Positions 22,301 through 24,188 of a stretch of DNA of 24,188 nt are shown here, one piece after another. The stretch covers positions 1-24,188 of the IMG/VR virus record IMGVR_UViG_3300012952_000135. One strand, given 5' to 3'. Source of the DNA: a virus (lineage: Duplodnaviria > Caudoviricetes). Made by a program: the position numbers and the translations under genes. Every line of letters starts with the position of its first letter. Within the stretch, counting starts at the first letter, position 1. The notes below the pieces were generated by a model, which ran no database searches, was not told the DNA's origin, and was given only the letters and a program-made list of their open reading frames with translations.

Positions 22301-24188
22301 ACTGCTGCAGGATCTATTGATTGTGTCCATGACGTTGCTGATATTCTTAGATGGCATACATTCAACCTAGAGTATGGTGGTGACAACATGGTTGCACTTG
22401 GTGCAGGATACTATGTTGAGAATGGAGTTATTCAACACATCTCAGGTGTTGTAACTGAAGTAACTTGGATTACAAATACTGCTAGAGATATTGCTAAGCA
22501 AATCTATCAAGGCACTACACCAAACAGACATGTTAACAACGGTGCCGAGTATACTCCTATTACTGAAATTCAAGATAAGTGGGTAAATGATACAGGTTAC
22601 CTATCAGCAATTAGTGATAGTGATGTAGACGATGAAGTTAATAGACTTATCAGTATTGTTACTGATACCATTACTGACCCTGATGGAAATGACACAAGTG
22701 GAGCAAACGGCACTAGTGCATATCCTAATAGCGTAAGTAATTCTACATTTAGTCCAAATCTACCTAATATCTGGCCATGTAAATATGGTGGAGATATTCC
22801 AATTAGAGATGTATCTATCACTTACGATAATACAGCAAGTGCATGGAATCAAACATGTCCTGATCAGAAAACTGCAATCTACACATTGATGGCAATTCTT
22901 GAGGGTGGTATTGATGCTGCAGTTGCAGGAAACGGTCTTACTTACTATGGCACAACTGTTACCGAGACTACTCCTACATCACCTACCGTCAACGAATATA
23001 ACATGGGTAAATGTTATGACGTTAGATTAGGTATTGAGAGTAAGTATAAGGTAATGTATGAAACCTTATCAGGTGGATCAAATAGTAATAAGATGGCAGC
23101 GAAGATGATTCTCTTCAATAGACCTGCTATCAGACAAAGAGCATTTGATCAAACTCAATCATTCTATCCTACCTATGCAGGCAATATAGAATTTGCAGAT
23201 CAGATAATTGATTCTGTAATTTATGACCTTGTGACAGGTGGTAACGGTCAAGCATTTGATTCTATATCAAACTGGTTTGATGGTGATGGAAACATGATTG
23301 TCTATACTGGTATTACTAGGACTCATCTGATTTATCATATGACTCGTGTTAGAGAATACTGTAAGTCAATAATCTATCAACCAGATGAAGCAGGTTGGAT
23401 TCCATATATCACATCTCCTGGTTTATACATTCCTGCTCTTCGCACAGAGTGGAATCAGGAATCAACAGAATTTAATATGGATTCAAGTATTAACGTATTT
23501 GAATTTGCTCTTGAGCAATCTAAATTCTCTACTGAAGCGAAGACTACATGGATCGCAAATACTGACGTCCATAACAGACATAACGCATACAACGAAGGAT
23601 TCGATTGGAATACAGATCCAGCTCTTGTATCTCTTACACCTACAGTCCGTGCAGGATATGATAGGAAGGAATTTAGAATCAGAATCTATCGTGCTAACTT
23701 CTTTAGACGTGGTGATGTTGTCCAATACATCCCTGCATCTGGTAGCACAATAGGTGGTGCTGATCAAGCAATGTATTATATCTTGAATGCTGAAGCAACA
23801 TTCTTTGAGATTGGTGCTGTAGCAACTCACGATGGTAGATTTAGAGCACTAAGATTTGATGACACTGTAAGCACATCTCACATCTTCCAAGTCCTTGTAA
23901 GATCTGGTATTAGTAGAGCAACTACAACCTACGGTGATCCTAATGTAGAGACTCCTTACTCAGGTGGATTCGTTGACGCTGATGTCCTTTACGGCACACA
24001 GTCTGACGTGTTTGCTGAGATTGGATCACAGTCATTTAACAAAGCATCTATCAGAGAAACATTCAAGTATGTCTTACTTGGTAATCCATCAGATCCTGGC
24101 GTTTCTAAATTTACTAACGGTGAGAATGTATTCAAGTCAGGTGATGCGACTGCTATCGGTAAGGTATTGCAGCAAAACTATAACACTG
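4343..24188 (+). CDS. gp7: giant multidomain baseplate wedge protein, gp7-like (>6,600 aa, 3'-truncated)
   Basis: ATG 6 nt after the gp6 stop (MSRVNVSDRVEQQLPDFI...). Manual translation stays open in the same frame to the window end (...GKVLQQNYNT), 6,615 full codons. gp7-type motifs IKNIRDFYLAKGT...YLFKILFGEE (6425-6526) and QDSFFYQSFSYVI.SEI....W......NHPTGFKMFG (14990-15106). Lies directly after gp6, as in T4. Confidence 0.88.
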   Translation, partial: MSRVNVSDRVEQQLPDFIKSEDRAFVQLLQEYYKSQEKVGRPYDILNNVLDYLDLDTYQSNVLTSQTTVLQAIGLNDTEIVVEDIDGYQERNGSIQVDNEILYYESVTRGPDAIMTPGIAPHEFKKKEQALENPYYEFDGVQTTFALKYQGNPVSPASVDHLIVTVYNVTLKPTVDYIVSGTNIIFTVPPRTPTGGDDQGFTNITYLIGFADKTIVTMDAVSYTEWQGTKYYPLRVNGQAYTPISDVSLIVNRTGQLQKPFEQFNVYQDTLVTKFALGSADTLHVRAIEFVPASFGSGADAVCNVVDNKIDTILVKTGGKGYRLDFAPRVNIQTATVGEYATAHSLVGGIKDIQLISGGQGYTSYNPPIPLVTAPTNANGRLARVSLTVNDTTGMVDTVTITDSGSGYDFVPVITFNNPGGATISDATIDSEGRLNVDTITVTAPGLNYANPPTIYIDPAPDGGINAIAECSLTAEGGLASVTIINRGRGYVTPPRCRVVDPVGAQVLDVTVSSGAVTDIELLTGGRGYTDAPSVYIVDDRKDAYGTSIGGTGATAAATIFNGELTDINITNFGTGYSEANPPKIYIAEPQAAKASVNVGYDEVTGFVIEERGRNYVPSAFNGIVRGVSNVIDYDEYGNQVFAKESQITTSTHPIGSIVRNLDSLFIYQLFEKFRKQYLPTIQLDPSKVNPVNVIKNIRDFYLAKGTALGAKYLFKILFGEEIEVSYPKEQIISPSAATWTVDTILRTQVVSGDPVNLIDSEVIQYADDVDQNVKYASALVENAISIIKGEDTIYELVISEETLTGIFKIPYRTRLVEPLTTTGQIVTVDSTIGWPERNGTFNIGDNEEVQYKEKSLNQFIECTRSKNNIIEDWDPGTVITSNIFIYANRGTTTEVKMRVLGIAEAGSTVLDDTGSYYLPGDKLKVASLGSDSVGEERLESWFYNVKKLISVSAIDPGSLSQVATVTTAEPHGLLVEDTVTVYGANPVIFNGTFQVSSRIDEFNFSYRVATATDIVPVGNILLSVDLNRGKSTETPINNVVTEFTTNIQNSFFNADYVYVAASGLPNYKIGPFIGSALIPGNQRKLVRIPRVVNTVSERQAIAANSAIGSWVNGVSIWCYKSRESVLFGPLTGIVVSNAGVNYDAGSPPEVLIEGGGGSGATATVTVNGSVDSFEVTAQGSGYTSSPLISIVGGGGSGASASAVVTNGAITRILVSNAGSGFTSQPSITITGGGGSGAAATANIRGPISGVTLTGGGSGYTSLPTVSVTSGEGALAQPIVLNGRIVSIAIINSGRRYTTAPRVVINGDGFGAVAKATIATTGEDKGKVIGITISNRGINYIQGTTTVRLDAVGELATFTAQVFEWNKNFEYDLANKYDIARGYVFTGLNNQYGGEYAHLSDPKELRYVVGDNVFLNQETGNFQEISQNFLHSPILGWGYDGNPIYGPYGYANPTDQNSGVRRLRTSYRLKPEIVADAVTNPNPARVDGPLLATYPAGSFVPDYEYVFQAGDLDQYNGRFCKTPEYPDGTYAYFVTIDASDAGIPEFPYIMGPAFNSLPDEWNLSQGAVQENIPADVVRYRVPYENVDIDVERLPNQEADVLTTEIEGYPIIFEVQDTNQDGIIDANEQQEVLELQEEPTLQIYDYFPQVSLESKVDIDVETVTQFETAQIDGFVVENPGISYQVNDTVFFDNTDTGGFGASAIIDSIKGVAISAYVKEIIGDRPYGVITTSLNHDLIAGDEIIVDSTPITANTNKEFKVKVVDGIESVTVDTQGVGYNAALPPTYELVEGGSGIDADFTINLDAAGVADSFTIINSGNGYSVDTPPQIRVSHPQSITKTRYWLSEYLNDSGNVTVHDSIATANRDYYVCGSLKEDLDSDQVGFLAKFNDLGEVQWVRTLLPNNTGVKTLEFTCLYVDDSQENDLVYVGGQTYDPNNPNYNPDVWFGKYESERDAQNNPTGTLKWQKSIAGISGGQRKDYITDIYLDENNNIYIVGYTDTQAIDANDIWIIQSNNDGDLKEKRKISSANGDEDITQIRWIANSQFFFTGVNQTTDNLIYGTFSYDGSNINVDYVKQIPALGGYVRNPRFTIDEYNDVFFLYDVYNNANGKFEKMQLGKIPLADANATEIIPPSSTPTAKPWLWRKTLTPQGNYVSIKNTGLHVDVFGDIVVTAAIDYDEDRKVTTVSSLKYDGTIQAESLIETTDSVGQVGKSSIVDNSGDIITFGERLIPNQLAVYRFDDTADLDYDTTKQTISTLTIQTPANAVVDNSYYKYGTGSLKFDAANRATASGLAWEGQNWTTAAWFSMNTTAYAAGNTPHFFDTVEVNGTSGVSVYLMGIASDANFGKIILEVNGSVVASSTETTYWGNFSAAAWHHIALVKENTGSGVWEINVYYDGNLAITYQTLIDVNMASVGLGGTAPSVSTKAFIGHIDDWIISKLAEFESTFTAPLTKYPLSHEISDMVAVKIDKAHTSGRGTYTLTTPTNYTNLTISEWTTGTWADGGLPAIDQWDVGAGGLQLLDFTDSPSVYTPVQTYTWTNNREQFASKSSTIPVKNGQKMFVTANVVPKFYIKDATYSKIDNIYELTLNQDVLLSKGAILQQYNSLGVVQAYGTIVETPVGTTTNPGLGNKYKVGKIFGTINNTDLLRSTDATDINVISDQKFVGIEAEDLWVTGTAYATAARVYYAKKIYEAQSGGTSGVTPPTHTTGAVSDGAVTWVFIRNAGEFDIDIQTEPYPIPQYRGLDMQRWDTGILYPVGYQVYWQRNIYEVTVAGPSGNTPPTHTSGTASDGGVTWEWKSTELALSDYARFQQYSDGAYSVKILKVQPASSYIPGDVISINSANIVVDDDGADAYKIVKVTGFPSVKEVELTTTLKKDIRKVSEARSNLVYATSVTPHNFRADDIIFTEGFTTTEYNGSFFIREIFGSREYVFGLRSTAAGDPLFLQGSISNVNIYAKHPSLTFIRNHQYVFDVGDASNLNYYLSFAQDNQYKLEYSFNNITRVGTPGIQAEGLRPYVKFSAIGNVTNISYYFDPSRIGAMSPVGDNSFVDVIKTPYDGTFTISQIVNNTEFKFPLLLEPETSAAEVQDDEFGNPFTFYSTTSIKAIGPINTIKLVSPGGFYQRLPIISDIASFRQIERITITSGGTEYAPGVYYNVPINGDGEGGLATITVTLDEEIGSGTISSVSVTDPGKGYTTATIDVDSISGILGNQLAGSGAALAVVIPDEGSGASVFLTGKNIGKIKRLKNNEFGFGYSHDYTLRPEITFPVNLQLFNTSILTEITITNPGSGYTSAPAVVITGGGGSGAEAEAIIKNNRLNEILIKNPGQGYSSEPTVTLKSEFNYVVNLDLNYLQFNFPHGITTGAAIQLRADTVGTTTGILPKPSSAGLTSLIDGQIYYAIADQLESDQLRFGLTLQAAQSGDFITFLTQGEGRQTLLTEVFGGTADAVVATSRFLAGEKVFQGNSPEQATAEGYVSTNTGWQIGPKILKIVDYTGNFVEGEKVSGEVSKASGIIDNLSIARGVLNIDSITTTPGRFIDDVGKPSEIVQKIQDSFFYQSFSYVITSEIPITRWKKQVLDNNHPTGFKMFGQLQLTGGKDVSGRKVGTEFIKEVNINEYTNVNQITSFGAAEPIYTDYNNTEVLFRSRRLTSSEEILTSIVKKIDNISDDFDGILKSFPITVEGEGVIVKGNQLMITLNGVIQSPGSAYQIVGNQIVFAEAPKAASQVRYRSVRFTTIPVYRITLTNPQGIFPEMGQQVNGETSDAYATVIDSGTFHIDVINITDGPFVVSEILKRTNLFTAVVASVDLINTENLFKFQETITNFDGDIAIIEETNLDATGGATDTLLLSKTSGTSRYETGIFDIRLNEYIYSSNSKIVAQITFISPYLDPNTGQPVDTLIINKGSTFFGLIYERLVAIQNPNVILDDISQSSITPVQLYDSAVRINEDFLDFEEVRSTEIEYDNLSSGTFAKGDALRNKAIFYANLVGNAGNRKNDGARSIGRNKQEIIDRAERWVAVEHPDFYYPGDVQTNTTSRFRDAHRMIWKNIEAIKLQSYDLQKTQFTGTSAGDKAGYVDDARLWLECIALDIHSGGNQYSLKWINEYFSDSSTLSYSRAQSELIYIIEQAKILVMSAITNQLTGVFSATNSTDEATYYADLSITADPSPGSAYATPGSNTDNATTTNCSDVQSAISTIWTWQNEALTAGNLNNIPAEISPTTSIGQEKCRRDLGLFIDALADDLGAGGEFQCQNFAEQYFDTTGNFILNGFYGEVAESQTAILKARDTMMYAINNLLFVKDIGNEGYNLNDPLTYGGSAPAHTYDNNYSAGNAQSLSNCADVQQNITFLTDIVIHSVTAENTHNLTGAISYTSEGTGGPKITGVFADPVPQTSLKIDGANLLLNNKEFIAAEALHIYKTANAGFTPHQTDADCIDDIKDVVEAIAYDLKYGGNSRVYDAATYAIAYDDSPTTASQINGIYAEAQTIAGNVIQNGTDTFTVANVNNSNRTFDVTVPTVTLNAGDALTYVGNGKMVVAPPQFTPTGATYDPVTGDLVLTIGSHSITAGRFVTIAANSLTFNCTMDSGSSNKTYPRESDPYYNKPLEVTSVVANTSITVNVGASPEIKFTPTAVTYSPSSGVMVMTIGEHRLEAGTAIKFAQESLVFRCSQDNYLTDHAYPRTTDPYFNTAVTITAATATTITVNVGVATAAGQYEHVFQSASFGAVITGGNYTHTFVSATSNAVTLDNTADIANAVYDVGTGTLSITLAENYTPTLSNGNTVRLHYLHFVSKTFGDYYYPRFAATGIHGKKQWFDTDLTPVNTDTNACATVVSAFNTLMSVYTTAYTNNNMAHATRTAPTERTITDGGYTAGETLRVTKYAYKDPSRGLFLPGENLKGVTTNASAPIKGSNSGLKWIYGGNATGTFSLGEYVTNSTLVNSSCTVDDITILSALSNSTKSIRIPNTGQIVQTERNDFKFGTGDFTIEMRLRADAISGNQIIFDMRRPEASSTGLNLVLNASGNVILNNGGSALITSTNTLIAARWHHIAIVRKTAVTSMYIDGVQQTNYADTNTYPFARFALGKDVSNAQQFIGNFDNLIVRKGTADYDAATITPPSDPDFTRTGIVLGINGEAPFVVSTTETYATLTGLTNSSSTLKSIDYLNKRITIEEVDLGREIYRDAADIIDINRDWIAEEAVGIMQAYFPDFVIPGDIYGASSSMSGTNVCIRDTRDYILPAIVKDLREGGNYNVIVTARFYRTRGGEIEYIGQELLQTLYAWREVVKLCKEVINTSSTDLTGTYTTKLRVPHALTGTTQVESQLDVLGDYIADVLAPTGHRFRDAGALIWKNRDYIAEEAVGYINALYTKTINSVPVEFLTIPNNTKCIRDLKDHVLPAVIGDIIMGGNAETQKVIDSYLNSDSEILYITDELQPMIDAIHYTEMLALKAVNNLLLSPGETSAALGVGATYQDEFYPPLYTNRTAYRDATITYDPKQFDQSRSGANKYLDAANLIDENARVIAKEAVSTMNDLSKYGSFIVPTGNPVDCEDDVVDILAGVAHDLRHGGNSEIFRIGKLYVRSDGGIKHIEGETEASKSVFKIARDMAITTIRNGFGRDTLPGHNDVTFQESSYERNGASNNRIHAARAIERNIRFIAEEAVHRGLDQYPSLSINGGSSALWDQEFTPTDIAYNSSNGLMVITIGDHDIQRGDTVRFTPLGITLRCSQDNYATDHPYPRTTDPYYEKPCLVLDHTLTTITVNVGASPVGQQYTHQFQSALPGSVKLGDKMGGQQMTPTNITYNSATGDMVMTIPNHVFNVGNRMMIAPNSLVFTCTQDNNASNHSYPRTTDPYYNKTTAVTAVSTGGVNITNATYQETTGILQITSAGHGLVTGNRVKIATDGITFTCTQDGNSTNHSYPRATDPAADKWLLVTKVDDDNIKVNVYPSQVGQQYPHTFVSASNGALIKQGGTVTVNIGASPAGQQYTHTFVSAAHNAITAAGSIDCVHDVADILRWHTFNLEYGGDNMVALGAGYYVENGVIQHISGVVTEVTWITNTARDIAKQIYQGTTPNRHVNNGAEYTPITEIQDKWVNDTGYLSAISDSDVDDEVNRLISIVTDTITDPDGNDTSGANGTSAYPNSVSNSTFSPNLPNIWPCKYGGDIPIRDVSITYDNTASAWNQTCPDQKTAIYTLMAILEGGIDAAVAGNGLTYYGTTVTETTPTSPTVNEYNMGKCYDVRLGIESKYKVMYETLSGGSNSNKMAAKMILFNRPAIRQRAFDQTQSFYPTYAGNIEFADQIIDSVIYDLVTGGNGQAFDSISNWFDGDGNMIVYTGITRTHLIYHMTRVREYCKSIIYQPDEAGWIPYITSPGLYIPALRTEWNQESTEFNMDSSINVFEFALEQSKFSTEAKTTWIANTDVHNRHNAYNEGFDWNTDPALVSLTPTVRAGYDRKEFRIRIYRANFFRRGDVVQYIPASGSTIGGADQAMYYILNAEATFFEIGAVATHDGRFRALRFDDTVSTSHIFQVLVRSGISRATTTYGDPNVETPYSGGFVDADVLYGTQSDVFAEIGSQSFNKASIRETFKYVLLGNPSDPGVSKFTNGENVFKSGDATAIGKVLQQNYNT
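5225..6202 (+). repeat. protein-level repeats: I.I...G.GY...P.V.I....G..A.A beta modules, cluster 1
   Basis: GGKGY, GGQGY, SGSGY, PGLNY, RGRGY, GGRGY, FGTGY and RGRNY units within the giant ORF. Confidence 0.8.
7523..9000 (+). other. YHYH-like domain, split and degenerate
   Basis: SGLPNY, AIGSWVNGV, then after an insertion HSPILGWGYDGNPIYGPYGY, DYEY...GDLDQYNGRFCKTPEYPDGTYAYFVT and FPYIMGP, matching the YHYH family pattern. Confidence 0.8.
7733..8420 (+). repeat. Gly-rich beta repeats, cluster 2 (G.GY/FTS.P.I.I.GGGGSGA.A.A)
   Basis: About six units with ggtggtgga(ggt/gga)(agt/tct)ggtgc at the DNA level. Further units occur at about 9650-9840 and 13670-14350. Confidence 0.85.
9188..9223 (+). 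other. EF-hand-type Ca2+-binding loop DTNQDGIIDANE
   Basis: D1, N3, D5, G6, I8, D9 and E12 match the canonical 12-residue loop. Confidence 0.6.
9865..11020 (+). other. probable beta-propeller domain
   Basis: Recurring blades: YYVCGS...FLAKFNDLGEVQWVRT; VYVGGQT...VWFGKY...GTLKWQKSI; IYLDENNNIYIVGYT...DIWIIQSNNDG; VDVFGDIVV; VDNSGDIITFG. Confidence 0.7.
11036..11700 (+). other. LamG/concanavalin A-like domain 1
   Basis: KYGTGSLKFD, WTTAAWF, WHHIALVK, VYYDG, FIGHIDDWII. Confidence 0.85.
12353..12730 (+). repeat. two CBM5/12-like Trp/Tyr modules
   Basis: WVTGTAYATAARVYYAKKIYEAQSGGTSGVTPPTHTTGAVSDGAVTW (12353-12493) and WDTGILYPVGYQVYWQRNIYEVTVAGPSGNTPPTHTSGTASDGGVTWEW (12584-12730). Confidence 0.7.
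17945..18730 (+). repeat. beta modules TPT..TY...TG.L..TIG.H...F.C..D.....(H).YPR..DP, cluster 1
   Basis: Units at 17945 and 18203, plus a degenerate one near 18575. Confidence 0.8.
19190..19680 (+). other. LamG/concanavalin A-like domain 2
   Basis: FKFGTGDFTIEMRL, IIFD, WHHIAIVR, MYIDG, FIGNFDNLIVRKG. Confidence 0.88.
21362..22310 (+). repeat. C..D...H.YPR.TDP beta modules, cluster 2
   Basis: Units at 21362, 21689 and about 21908, each paired with a GQQY.H.F.SA closing strand. Confidence 0.82.

Larger units (their letters stand above)
16310..23520 (+). repeat. about eight helical repeats, phycobiliprotein/globin-like (R..DA...I..N...IA.EA...C..D......I..DL..GGN)
   Basis: Units start near 16310, 16442, 17510, 19853, 20327, 20825, 21230 and 23087. 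The repeat itself is clear in translation; the family assignment is by recalled similarity. Confidence 0.65.

Noticed and set aside
17945-22310. Diversity-generating retroelement TR/VR pair
   Set aside because: Differences between copies are not adenine-specific, exact matches are only about 20 bp, and no reverse transcriptase is present in the window.
4284-23830. About 35 short ORFs on both strands in the ORF track
   Set aside because: All overlap the giant frame +2 ORF and have no coherent motifs; they are off-frame or antisense shadows caused by its codon bias.
4343-24188. Intein or intron explaining the ORF size
   Set aside because: I saw no intein splice-junction or homing-endonuclease motifs and no frame interruption; the inserts are repeated structural modules.

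Overview
AT-rich, entirely plus-strand virion-morphogenesis segment of a T4-like myovirus, most resembling marine cyanomyoviruses of Synechococcus/Prochlorococcus. Gene order: 5'-truncated Cys-rich hypothetical protein; PAAR/gp5.4-like spike-tip protein; a 46-aa basic ORF missed by the ORF track; gp25; gp6; then one giant ORF (4343 to the window end, >6,600 aa, no stop, hence absent from the ORF track) encoding a gp7-like baseplate wedge protein. The giant protein is decorated with Gly-rich beta repeats, a degenerate YHYH domain, an EF-hand loop, a beta-propeller, two LamG domains, two CBM5/12-like modules and nested C-x2-D...H-x-YPR modules. Its most striking feature is about eight helical repeats that by eye resemble phycobiliprotein (globin-fold) subunits and often keep cysteines at positions equivalent to the Cys84 and beta-Cys155 bilin-attachment sites. 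This suggests a possibly bilin-decorated or phycobiliprotein-derived virion appendage. All domain calls come from manual translation and motif recall, not database searches.
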